A stretch of 64,000 bases of DNA from Podarcis muralis. Lineage: Eukaryota. The stretch covers positions 13,082,001-13,146,000 of the forward strand of contig NC_135672.1 of NCBI RefSeq assembly GCF_964188315.1. Direction: 5' to 3'. Below are positions 14,831 to 26,361 of the stretch, in pieces. A model generated the notes under the pieces. The model did no database searches. It was not told the DNA's origin and saw nothing but the letters and a program-made list of their open reading frames with translations. The translations under genes were made by a program, and so were the position numbers. The stretch's first letter is position 1. Each line of letters opens with the position of its first letter.

Positions 14831-15588
14831 ATGAGTTACAGTCCGTCCAAATTACAGTCCTCCCTTGTTTCCAAAGTCTTTGTAACATTGCAAGAGTTAT
14901 TCAAAGCCTGAAGTCGCCCCCCCACCCTCTTTTAAAATAATGTACACAGTATCTTTTTGTTGTTGTGTTTTGTTTTCTACGTGGGTGCTACTTATTGTTT
15001 CCTCTTCTTCTTTTTGTGTGTCTTACTCTGTGCACTTGTAATTTTGTACTTTTTTATTTTTCTATAACGGATATGACAAGAACAAAACCACGAAGTTCCA
15101 GATTCAGTGTAGCGATTTATAGGAGATACTTTACACACACAAAAACCCCAAACCCCACAAAAACAAAGAAGGGCTACATTCAGATTGCGGGTGTAAAGCG
15201 GGAACCCTATCAAAGGAAAGGAAAGACGTGCCTAGCCTCCCTCATTGAAAATTTGGCGGTGCGTCGGCTCCCACAGCCTGGCAGAGATAGCACCCCTGTT
15301 TAGGACATTTAGCCGAGATTTTCTAAAGTCAAATTATAACTGCTTAATTTCATTCAACGGTGGCTATTGAGTCTTATTTAATGTTTAATTTTTTAAAATT
15401 ATTTCTTTCTCCTTTATGATTTCGTTGTCTAAATTATGCCCAATAAAGGCTGAATGAATGAAAGACAAAGGCTTGTTCTCTTGTGCTCAAATCCTAAATC
15501 CACTGCCTGCCTGAGAGCATAGTATTATGGGATGGCCTAGAAAGCTCGGGTATCAAAAATGGCAGGCCGGTGTTGTTAATCCGAGGAA

Positions 15589-15771
15589 CTAAATTCCAAA
15601 GGAAGGAGTCAGTCCTGTGGCGGCAGCATCAGCGCCGGATTTTTTGAGGGCAGCGTCCGAAAAGTGGGTTCCTCTGAGCATGTGCAGAATGCTCTCCGGG
15701 TCGAGGGAGAAGGCGAACTGAGATATTGCATAGTTCGCCCTGGGATCGTTCCGTGTGGAAGAAGCGCCCAT
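15589..15771 (-). CDS. Candidate small ORF (60 aa, MGASSTRNDP...TPSFGI) in a candidate exon starting at 15865; no recognised homolog
   Basis: Perfect Kozak GCCGCCATGG; upstream polypyrimidine tract + CAG acceptor (AG at 15867-15866); non-repetitive sequence between repeats. Coding status unproven. Confidence 0.3.
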   Translation of the reverse strand: MGASSTRNDPRANYAISQFAFSLDPESILHMLRGTHFSDAALKKSGADAAATGLTPSFGI

Positions 15772-16209
15772 GGCGGCTGAGTCAGGGACCCCTTTTTGCT
15801 GGCAGCACCTGCCCAGGCCGTCCTGTTCCCAACTTGAATTCGTGGAAGTGTGATTCAGAGGCTGGCTGGGGGCAGCAGGAGGAAGGAGGGCGATGACCGC
15901 ATCGCATGGCCTCCAACATTCCTCCGATGAATATAGGGACGTCCCATTCCACAACGATGATTTTTACTATTTATATACCATCTGATTGCCCCAGCCCACT
16001 CTGGGCAGCTTCCAACATATAGAAAAACAGAATACAACATTAAACATTTTTTAAAAACTTGCCTATAGAGGATTGCCTTTGCCTTTGGACGGCTTGGGGG
16101 GTCAGATAACTCCATCCCCTCCAACGTTTCTCCCCTGAAAATAGGGACGTCCTATTCCATCCCCTCCAACGTTTCTCCCCTGAAAAGAGGGACGTCCTAT
16201 TCCATCCCT

Positions 16210-17193
16210 TTGTGTTTTTGTGTTGAATATATGCTATATGGTCATCGATGGACCTAACAGGTATCGAAAGCCATTTGCACATAACAAAATACGTATTTTT
16301 ATCAAAGTCGTTGTTGAACTGAAATACAATTAAGAAATGTATTAATAGTGAAATACAATTAAGAAGTGTATGAATAGTGAAAGAACAATTAAGCTCTAAC
16401 TTACAATGGTTTTTGATTCATAAACTTAATAATGCAAACATATTGGCATTGGGCAAGGAGACAAAAGTTCCTTCGGAAGCATAATTTACAAAGACTCATC
16501 ATCTAGTCTCTAGAAACTTGCTATAGCATGAATTAATAACAGGTGCAAATATATGATGCAAACTACTAATAATGATAAATAGCAGAATGTAGGCACCCTG
16601 TATAAGGGTTAAACCACAGAGCCTAGGACTTGCCGATCAGAAGGTCGGCAGTTCGAATCCCCACGATGACGGGGTGAGCTCCCGTTGCTCGGTCCCTGCT
16701 CCTGCCCACCTAGCAGTTTGAAAGCACGTCAGAGTGCAAGTAGATAAATAGGTACCGCTCCAGCGGGAAGGTAAACGGCGTTTCCGTGCGCTGCTCTGGT
16801 TTGCCAGAAGCGGCTTAGTCCTGCTGGCCACATGACCCGGAAGCTGTACACCGGCTCCCTCGGCCAATAAAGCGAGATGAGTGCCGCAACCTCAGAGTCA
16901 GTCACGACTGGACCTAATGGTCAGGGGTCCCTTTAGACACCCTGTATATAGAAAGTAGCAAGGCAGTGATATTTTTGGGTGCAGGCTAGCAGACGGGGCC
17001 CATGACTTACACCATAAGAGCCTACACAACACAAAACACTGTTGCTGGATGAAGGTTTTATTCTGTTTGTTTTTTCTCTTATATTTTGGAAATGTACATA
17101 CAGTTGTTTTTTTCCTTTACATTTTTTTGGGGCCCCCAAGAGAGTGGGGCCCTAAGCTAGAGATTGTTTAGCTTATACGTAAATCCGGCACTG
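16210..17193 (-). mobile_element. hAT-type non-autonomous element (truncated on its left side) containing a Sauria SINE
   Basis: TIR taaatccggcactg at 17180-17193; internal sequence shared with the copies at 40652-41006 and 46660-47122. Confidence 0.8.
16605..16935 (+). mobile_element. Sauria SINE (slightly 5' truncated)
   Basis: gggttaaaccacagagcctagg...ggtcaggggtcccttta; TSD caccctgtata at 16594-16604 and 16938-16948. Confidence 0.9.
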
Positions 17194-17439
17194 GTCCCCA
17201 GGACGCCTCTCTCCCAATGGACAGGAGGCGGGGAAAGTGGGTGATGGTTTGTGGGGTGTGTGTGTACGTCTTCTGGGCTGGAGGGAACATTTTGCTGCCC
17301 TTTCCCCGGAGGGGAAACTGAGGCAGGCCGGCCTGGGCTGCCCAAAAGGCCCCCTTGCCAGGAGTCGGCTGCAGCCCGGAGGCTGTTGCTGCTGCAGCAA
17401 GGAGCGGCTGCAAGAGAGAGAGAGGGGATCCTCAGCAGC

Positions 17440-17464
17440 CTTTATATACCCAAGTTATTTTTAA
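17440..17464 (-). promoter_or_regulatory. MEF2 site + 6 bp + TATA box module
   Basis: Minus strand TTAAAAATAA-cttggg-TATATAAAG; full YTAWWWWTAR and TATAWAWR matches. Confidence 0.65.
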
Positions 17465-18282
17465 CCGCCTGCCTCCCCTTTGCTGATGATGCCTTTGTTT
17501 CCTCTCCCAGGCGTTCGTTCAGGAAGCCCTGCTTGGCTCCCCTTCCTGCGAACACGCGGCCCAAAGCACAACAACTGGGGGGGCTGGTGGAAAGAAACCT
17601 GGCACCCTCCTCCAGCCCCAAACAGAAATCCTTTGAAAGCTTTGGAGGGCGGCCAGGGAACCAGGCAAGGCAGGCCGCAGCGCGCAGGCGAGAGGCTGGA
17701 CCACAGCAAAGGCTTGCAGGATCCCCGACCGACAGGCTTGGGGGAAAAAGGCCCTATTGAAGGTGAGGGGAAAGGGGGCAGCTGGCTGGCTCCCCCCCGC
17801 CTCCTGGCCTCAGGTTCCTTTCCATGCTCGCGAGTGCCGGGCGCATACCTTCCAGCCTTTCTCCAGTGAAAATAGGGGCGTCCCATTCCATAATAATAAT
17901 AATAATAATAATTAATGTGATTGATGCTGAGCTCCATCTGACTTGGGTTTTCCGGCTTCCAATGTACATAAAAATGTAAGAAAACATTAACTGTTTCAAA
18001 AAATTAAATGACTTCGCTATACAGGGCTGCCTTCAGATGAGTTTTTTAAGGTTGGATAGTTGGTTGGCTCAGGGCTCGGGTAACTTCGGACTCTGCAACA
18101 TTTCTCTGGTGAAAATAGGGATGTCCTATTCAATAATAATAATAAACAACTTCCCTATACATAAGAGACATAATAAAACTAGACAGGGCTGCTTTCAGAT
18201 ATCTTCTAAAGGTTGTATTGTTACTTATATCCTTGGCTCAGGGGTCGCGTAACTCCATCCCCTCCAACGTTTCTCCCCTGAA

Positions 18283-18650
18283 AATAAAGGTAAAGGTAAA
18301 GGGACCCCTGACCATTAGGTCCAGTCGTGGCCGACTCTGGGGTTGCAGCGTTCACCTCGCTTTAGTGGCCAAGGGAGCCGGAGTACAGCTTCCGGGTCGT
18401 GTGGCCAGCATGACTGAGCCGCTTCTGGTGAACCAGAGCAGCGCACGGAAACGCCATTTACCTTCCCGCCATTTACCTTCCCCCTATTTACCTACTTGTA
18501 CTTTTGACATGCTTTTGAACTGCTAGGTTGGCAGGAACAGGGACCGAACAACGGGAGCTCACCCCGTCATTGCGGGGATTCGAACCACTGACCTTCTGAT
18601 TGGCAAGTCCTAGGCTCTGTGGTTTAAACCAAAGCGCCACCCGTGTCCTT
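18283..18650 (-). mobile_element. Sauria SINE inserted in a 45-bp-unit element
   Basis: aaaggtaaaggtaaagggacccctgaccattagg...aagcgccacccgtgtcc; flanked by ttctcccctgaaaata on both sides. Confidence 0.9.
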
Positions 18651-19661
18651 CTCCCCTGAAAATAGGGACGTCCTATTCCATCCCCTCCAACATTTCTCCC
18701 ATGAAAAGAGGGACGTCCTAAGGAAAAGTGGGACGTTCCAGGATCAAATCAGAAACCGGGACGGCTTGGACTAGACAACCCTTTTGATCCCTTCCAACTT
18801 TATGATTCTAGGATTTTATTGCTCTTGCTGTTAAGCCAAGAGCTCTCTGCAGAGAAGGCCGGCCTGCGTTGTGAACAAACTACGGCAGAGTCCGAGACGG
18901 CGGCGGAAACGATTCCTTCTCTCTTTTTCCCCCTCGAGGTCCAGCGGACATCAAAGCCTTTGGATGGGGAAAGGGGCCAAGTCAAATCGAGGCACCGTCA
19001 GCCCGGAGCTTGCACAAACAGAGCCGGTTCCCCACATGCCGCCGTTTCAGCCGAACATGCGCCCAACCTCCTCTGGCCAAAACTAAGTGCTTGCAGGTGT
19101 TCTTGCAAGAAGGCCGAGATTCTTCTGGGCTCCCACAATGACAGACTCCAGCTACAAACCGCAAAAACCGGGCTGGGGAAGAGAGGATGGAGGGGGCCGC
19201 ATTCCAAGGGCCTGGACAGAAATAGTTTGTCCTTTTATTTGGAGAGAGAATTACAGAGGGACTTGTGGGGCAGGCGGCTCTATTTCTGAACATGGGCAAT
19301 GCCAGCTGGGTCAACGGCTGGTTCCCCAAAGGGTCTCTCATCTTCTGCAACCAAAACACACCAGGAGGAGGGCCAGAGCAGGGGGAAGAGAGATTTTTTG
19401 GCTGTGCCGGGAGAGGGAGGGGCGTCCCAGACTTTAATGGGGCATAATATTTTGCTTTGCTGTGCGCAGTGATTATTTTAACATTGCGGAGCAAAGGCTG
19501 CTTTTGCTTTCCTTGGCAGGGGAACTTTACGAGTGGAATCTGGCAGGCTGGGCTCTTGTTGTGATCCGAGCGCGAGGCAGAGGCACGCAGAGGCCCGGGA
19601 ACTGGCTCCCAGCAGCCCCTGCCATGCTTAGGCCAGCGCTTCTGACTCGGGCTGGCAGCAG

Positions 19662-20362
19662 CAGACCCTCCAACGTTTCTCCGATGAAATTAGGGACGTC
19701 CTATTCCATGCCCTCCAATGTTTCTCCTGTGAAAATGTTGTTGTTGTTTAGTCGTTTAGTCGTGTCCGCCTCTTCGTGACCCCCTGGACCAGAGCACGCC
19801 AGGCCCTCCTGTCTTCCACTGCCTCCCACAGTTTGGTCAAACTCATGCTGGTAGCTTCGAGAACACTGTCCAACCATCTTGTCCTCCGTCGTCCCCTTCT
19901 CCTTGTGCCCTCCATCTTTCCCAACATCAGTGTCTTTTCCAGGGAGTCTTCTCTTCTCATGAGGTGGCCAAAGTCTTGGAGCCTCAACTTCAGGATCTGT
20001 CCTTCCAGTGAGCACTCAGGGCTGGTTTCCTTCAGAATGGAGAGGTTTGATCTTCTTGCAGTCCATGGGACTCTCCAGAGTCTCCTCCAGCACCAGAATT
20101 CAAAAGCATCCATTCTCCGGCCATCAGCCTTCTTGATGGTCCAGCTCTCACTTCCATACATCACCCGTGAAAATAAGGATGTCCTATTCCATCCCCTCCA
20201 ACATTTCTCCTCTGGAAATAGGGACGTCCTATTCCATCCCCTCCAACGTTTCTCCCGTGAAAATAGGGGCGCCCTAAGGAAAAGTGGGACATTCTGGGAT
20301 CAAATCAGAAACCGGAACAGCTTCTGCAAATCTCTGAGAAACGGGGACCCTCGGAGGGTCTG
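19662..20362. mobile_element. Putative non-autonomous DNA transposon (TIR cagaccctcc / ggagggtctg) built from 45-bp units, interrupted by BovB
   Basis: Terminal inverted repeats seen; internal units gaaaatagggacgtcctattccatcccctccaacgtttctccc; no clear TSD. Confidence 0.65.
19736..20165 (-). mobile_element. BovB (RTE) LINE 3' fragment
   Basis: Translation MYGSESWTIKKADGRRMDAFEFWCWRRLWRVPWTARRSN...EDSLEKTLMLGK; (CAA)n tail. Confidence 0.93.
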
Positions 20363-21204
20363 GGCTTTATGGCCCCAGCAATGCCATTGAGAGACTAAAG
20401 GTTTTCCTCCCCAAAACGGAAGCAAAGCCCCTCTCGGTTTCTCTTACTCCCCTCTCCTCAACCGCGGCGGCTGGTATGTGGGCCCACCGCCCTGCATATT
20501 TTGGAAAACGAAAGAGCGCCGAGCTGGGAGCAGATTTGGGGCGTTCCTGTTGATTTGTGCAGCGGGTGGAATCTCTTGTATATTTTGCAAGTTTCCCTGG
20601 CGCAGCCGAGAAGCCGTTCTAGAAAACCTGGTGGAAAAGAGCCGAAAGAACAAGCGTCTTTTAATGTGAGTAGTTTCAGGAGCCAATTGGCACAGCCGCG
20701 GCCTGATTGCGCACCAGCTAAAGTTATTGTTCACCGGGTTTCTACATTTTCAGTTTTCCACTGAAACCTCCCACAGGCAAAGAGGGGGGAAAAGGAGGAG
20801 AATGAACACAAGGAACGCTTGCGATGCTCTCCTTGTTGGAGAATCCAAAAAATTAATCTGCCAAAAGACCAGCAACATTCAATCCTTCTCTCTCAGGTTC
20901 ACCAGACTTGGAGGCGGGGAGAGGGCCTCTCCAAAGCCTAGCAAATTTTGGCTCCTCCTTCCCCAAATCTTTCCGTTCCAGTTAAGCGACAGGGCACAAG
21001 AGGAGAAGGGTTTGGGGAGGGAGGAGGAAAAACAAACACGTGCCCTCGTTACATTGCAAAGTGCCCTGCATAGGGCGGTATAGAAATTCAGTTGGTTAAT
21101 TGATTGATCATTGTTCTTACAGAAGAGACCCTTCTCTGAGCCACAGCTGCTCATCGGCGTCAACAGCCTGACTTGATATGTGGCGGTTTCTTATGTTTCT
21201 AGCA

Positions 21205-21510
21205 TGCTATCAGCCCAGTATACCTGAAGGAGTGTCTCCACCCCCATCTGAGGTCCAGCTCCAAGGGCCTTCTGGCGGTTTCCTCCCTGCGAGAAGTGAG
21301 GTTACAGGGAACCAGGCACAGGGCCTTCTCGGTGGTGGCACCTGCCCATCAGATGTCAAGGAAATAAACAACTATCTGACTTTTAGAAGAAACCTGAAGG
21401 CAGCCCTGTTTAGGGACGCTTTCAATGTTTGATTATGTTTTTGCATGCGCTGGAAGCCGCCCAGAGTGGCTGGGGGAACCCAGACAGATGAGTGGGGTAT
21501 AAATAATGAA
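21205..21510 (+). mobile_element. L2-clade LINE 3' fragment
   Basis: Shared L2 tail motif. Confidence 0.8.
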
Positions 21511-22734
21511 ATTATGATGTCTTTCCCTGGTGTAGCATGGGGAAGACAAAGGGGTGCCCGAGAATCGCCCCGCAGGGGTTTCGGTGACGAGATGTGCTTT
21601 GCAAGCGCCCCAGATCCGGGGCAGGCCTCGCGGCTGCCAGGTCCCCGTACCGCGCCTTTGCAGGGAGGAAATGCAAGCTTTGCCCCCCTGTGCCACAGAA
21701 AGAGCAAGAACGACAACGAGGGCACGACAAGCGGGGAGCTGGCACTGAGTGTGAGAAAGCCCTCGATGGGGCGGCCGCTGTGGTTTGCATGTTTGAAAGG
21801 GGATGCTGTGCCCTGCCTGGATTTGCTCCTGTGCCAGCGGCTCGCCTGCAGAAGGCCGCCTCGCAGGGTGAGCACGCCGGTGCCCTTTCCAGGCCCGGGT
21901 TCAGAAACCCGGCAGCCTCGCATACAAGTTTTTACAGTTGGCTGCTGCCAGTTATGGCTCTGGCAGAGCTTCTAGGTGCATATCCTCCCCCCCTCTCTTT
22001 CTCAGTGGTTTATCTTTCTAAAGGCTTGTTATTAGCATAACAGTCGATCAGTAAACCTCAGATAGCTGTGGAGAGCCGCAGGTTTCGTAGCCAATCTCTT
22101 GAGTGGTTTTGAAACTGGATGAAACCACGTGCCAAAAAAGATACAAGGCGCTCGCCTCTTTCCAGCTTGTTTTTCTGGGGTTTTTCGTTTTTTTCTGCGG
22201 CCGGAGAAAATTTCGTTCCAGAGCTGAAGGGTTTCTCTCGGGTTCAGCTGCACGTTTTGGATCCTATTTTTTTAAAAAAATAAACAATTCTTTTTTTAAA
22301 ACAACAACAACATTTCTTAGGGGAGCTCAACAGCTCAGCAGCTTGAACTCACCCCTTAAATGTGCATTCTGTCATTGTCTCCCGAGACAGATGGATGCTT
22401 TGCACGCCCTCCAACGCTTCTCCGATGAAAACAGGGACGTCCCATTCCATAATGATAATTTTACTATTTATACCCCACCCATCTTGACTGGGTTGCCCCA
22501 GCCACTCTGGGCAGCTTCCAACAGATATAGAAACATAACTGAGTGGGTATATATTTTAAAATGTTTTTTTTTTTTTAAGCATTTTCACTGTGTTTTTTAA
22601 AATATACAGTATGTGTAGATTCAGCCTGAGAGGGACGCTGGTCCCATTCTTCCTTCCCAGCAGCTGCGTGTCACGTGTTGCCACTTAAATCTCATGACGA
22701 CAAACCCCACAGCTTGCTAATGTGCCTAATACTA

Positions 22735-23065
22735 CTACTAATAATTTTATTATTTATACCCCGCCCATCTGGCTAGGTTTCCCCAGCCACTCTGGGCGGC
22801 TCCAAACAGAACACTAAAAACAGAATAAAGCTTCAAACATTAAAAGCTTCCCTAAACAGGGCTGCCTTCGGATGTCTTCTAAAAGTCAGAGAGTTGTTTA
22901 TCTCCTTGACATCTGATGGGCAGGGGCCACCACCGAGAAGGCCCTCTGCCTGGTTTGCTGCAACCTCACTTCTCGCAGGGAGGGGACCGCCAGAAGGCCC
23001 TCGGGAGAGGGACCCCGGCGTCCGGGGTGGAGACGCTCCTTCAGGTCTACTGGGCCGAGGCCCTG
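22735..23065 (-). mobile_element. L2-clade LINE 3' fragment
   Basis: Shared L2 tail motif with the variant ccccggacgccgggg. Confidence 0.82.
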
Positions 23066-23240
23066 AAAACAGACCTTCCCTTCGTCTTTTCTCTTGCCGG
23101 TCAGTTCTGCTGGCCTGAAAAACACAAGACCTCTTCTCCATCTCCATCTGGAAAATCTGGAAGAGCTGTCAGCCCCCATTTGATGTGGCTCAGAAGCAGA
23201 AGAACCAGGGATTTGTTTTATCCACCTCCCCAGCAATGGT

Positions 23241-23397
23241 TGTTGGGCAATGTGTTTTCTTTGTTTCTTAAACACGCGTGTAGTTCGTTTTTTAAAGACG
23301 CACAAAATCAATGCATGTTGGGCAATGTGTTTGGTTGGTTTGTTTCTTAAACACGCGTGTAGTTGTTTTTTTTAAAGATGCACAAAATCAACGCAAC
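23241..23397. repeat. Two-copy tandem duplication, ~75-bp period
   Basis: tgttgggcaatgtgttt...cttaaacacgcgtgtagtt...aaaga(c/t)gcacaaaatcaa starts at 23241 and again at 23316. Confidence 0.85.
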
Positions 23398-23726
23398 TTT
23401 TTGGGCGGTGCAGCCGTGCTTAATATGCAACACTCTCTCTCTGTGTGTGTGTGTGTGTGTGTGTGTGAAGAGGCCTTGCTTAAAATGCAAAAGACCTCTC
23501 TGTGTGTGTGGAAATGTCTTTCTGCACCCAGCAACTGTAAAGAGAGAGCTGAACCTGGGGAGGTTGGGTGCCACCACTCGTTTACGGTAACTTGCAACGG
23601 ACGAGACTCTCGGGGCCTCTTATCGATCCCATCTAGATTGCAGGGCGAGATACAGAAGCGGTGTCTTGTTTTTTTTTTTTTTTTGTTCTTTACAAAAACG
23701 AATAACAGCCCCGAACTCTCCCAGCG

Positions 23727-23727
<1 letters not shown>

Positions 23728-23772
<45 letters not shown>
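23728..23772. repeat. (AC)n microsatellite
   Basis: Direct read. Confidence 0.95.
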
Positions 23773-23777
<5 letters not shown>

Positions 23778-25439
23778 CCAGCAAGGTGTTTGCAGCAACA
23801 GGCACATGTTGGTGGCGGCTTCTGTTCTGAGAATCAGCAGAGAAGCTGCTCACTGTAACCGCATTGAAGAATTCTCACCCCTGATGGGAGAGACAACAAC
23901 AGGGTGTGACCTTCTGTAGACCAAGGTTGTGGCTCAGTCCCCAGCCTGCTTGCAGAGGTCAAAAGCAAAGGGGCCTTTTTCAGGAAGTGTGCCAAGGCCA
24001 GGTAGAAAGGTATGGGGCAGTTTGGACGGAGGTGCAGCAGCGTAGCTCTGAAAGCGAGGGTCCGTGAGGACGAGGGAAACCAGGTTGTGCCAAGGAGACC
24101 CTCCAGGAACTCTGCAGGGATGTGGAAGCCCCTTCCCCAATTTCACAGCGCACCGATAGACCCTGTAGCCTTTGCCCACACTTGTGCAAAATCAGGTGTG
24201 AACGCCTTTGGGGGGGGAAAGAACCACACAAAGCTTTGCGCTCTGAAATTTCGCTCTTTGAAAGCCAGCAAGTTTTTGATGTGGGACTTGAATGCTTTTT
24301 GCACAGAACTCTTGGGGAAGAGATTTTGCAGCGCTAGCTGAGATCCCAGTTTGCAGTTGGCCCCTCTTTTTTTGCGTCCCTGCCCCGTGCAAAAGTAATA
24401 ATAATAAAATATTCACCTGCTGTCCAGCCTTGCAACTTTTCTGAGCGGAGGGACACGGTTTCGCTCTCCGCTGCAAGAATGGTCTGCAGCGCTGGTGGAA
24501 GGGGAGGCAAGGAAAAAATTATGTGCAGTGAGCAACGCAGATTCGGCCTTTTGCTTCTAAAGGGGAGAGATGGGTAATGTTCCCGCTTGGAGCCAAAAAG
24601 AACCTTTGATGCCTTTTCTTTTGGGACCCTAGGTAGGCCAAGAGAGACCTCAATGTCAGCAAAAATTTGCAGGCCTGGAGGACTGTGGGACAAAGTGGCA
24701 AATCTGGTGGCGCAGCGTCCCGTCCCCCCAGAATGCACCCTGACTGTCCTGTTTTCGCCATCTTCAGCAAGGGTGGCTGGGAGGAAGAACCGCCGCCCCA
24801 GAAGCGCCTCTTACAGTGGTTGCACAATCTGGGCCTCTCTTAATTTATTTTTGAGCTCAGAGGAAATTCGGCACAAAGGAAGCGCGTTCGGCGTCGAGGG
24901 CATCAACACAGGCAGGTGATTCTTGCAGCTGATTTGCATCGCGCTGTCTTCCTTTCTGCATGGCTGCTTGATTCCAAACACTTTGCTTTTCCTTTTTGGT
25001 GTGTGGGTGTTTTCTTTCAGGAGAGGGAAGGAGGGAGGGAGAGAGAGACACGCACACAGAGAGAAAATTCAAGCCAAACACGCCCCACCCATCTAATCCT
25101 GCATCCCAGCATCCTTGTTCTCTCAGCGGCCAGAAAGATGCCCCAAAACAAAAGTTCACAACCATCTCCTGTGCCTTCCAGCAACTGGCAGTCAGAAGCA
25201 TCTACGTTCCTGCCTTGGAGACAAGAGCAGAGCCATTGTGGTTTGCAGCCACAAATTTGTCTAATAGTTTAAAAGGCATCGAAACTGGTTGAGCGCCACT
25301 GCGAGTCCTGCAGCTTAACTATGCGCCTTGCGAAGGTGACTTTCCTTTTATCTGATCTGAATTGCCCAACGTTCAGCTTGTAGATTCGTAGAGTTGGAAG
25401 GGAGCCCCAAAGGCCATCCAGTCTGACCCCCTCCCACCC

Positions 25440-26005
25440 GGTAATGCCGGAATCTCAACCAAACTGCCTATCCAGAGTGGCAGATGCTCTGGTTGTCTCC
25501 TGCTTGGACTACTGCAACGCGATCTACGTGGGGCTCCCTTGGAAGGTGACCCGGAAACTACAACTAATCCAGAATGCGGCAGCTAGACTGGCGACTGGGA
25601 GTGGAGACCACATAACACCAGTCTTGAAAGACCTACACTGGCCACCAGGATGTTTCCAAACACAATTCAAAGTGTTGGTGCTGACCTTGAAAGCCCTAAA
25701 CGGCCCAGTAGACCTGAAGGAGCATCTCCACCCCCATTGTCCACCCCGGACACCGGGGTCCCTCTCCCAAGGGCCTTCTGGCGGTTCCCTCCCTGTGAGA
25801 ACTGAGGTTGCAGGGAACCAGGCAGAGGGCCTTCTCGGTGGTGGTGTCTGCCCTGTGGAACACCCTCCCATCAGATGTCAAGGAGATAAACAACTATCTA
25901 ACTTTTAGGAGACACCTGAAGGCAGCCCTGTTTGGGGAAGCTTTTAATGTTTGATGCTTTATTGTGGTTTTAATATTCTGTTGTGAGCCACCCAGAGTGG
26001 CTGGG

Positions 26006-26052
<47 letters not shown>
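25440..26052 (+). mobile_element. L2-clade LINE fragment with (AAT)n tail
   Basis: Translation ADALVVSCLDYCNAIYVGLPWKVTRKLQLIQNAAARL, the classic L2 RT C-terminal motif. Confidence 0.9.
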
Positions 26053-26322
26053 TAATTTCCTGCATTGCAAGGGGGTTGGGCTAGACGACTCTCCCTTCCA
26101 ACTTGGCCAATCTATGGTCAACCTGTCTGTCCAGAAACTAGCCGGTTTTGAGGCCTCCTTGTGTGGCAGAGGCTCTTGAAGCTGACCCCGTTTGAGGTGA
26201 ACAGAGCTTCCTTTCGCCATCTCCCCAGAGAAAACCAAGCGGTTCTTGAAGCCTTTTACAGAGGGATCTCCAAATCCATTGCTCCTTCTGCTTTGCAATT
26301 CTCTTTCTCTTTGCTGCTGCTG

Positions 26323-26361
26323 CTTTATATACGGCTCCTAAAAATATCCCCGCCCTGATAG
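26323..26361 (-). promoter_or_regulatory. GATA + GC box + MEF2-like site + 6 bp + TATA module
   Basis: Minus strand ctatca-gggcgggg-ATATTTTTAG-gagccg-TATATAAAG. MCAT tggaatg at 26591 and a CACGTG E-box are nearby. Confidence 0.6.

Noticed and set aside
14960-15465. Segment ending aataaaggctgaatgaatgaa, like a LINE 3' tail
   Set aside because: Family and boundaries could not be supported by eye.
15640-15720. Faint likeness of FAFSLDPESILHML to CRF/urocortin peptides
   Set aside because: No signal peptide, dibasic cleavage site or amidation signal; the similarity is too weak.
24519-24761. 80-aa minus-strand ORF with good Kozak (gaagATGG)
   Set aside because: No supporting splice or promoter context, no recognised homology; the motif is equally a YY1 site.
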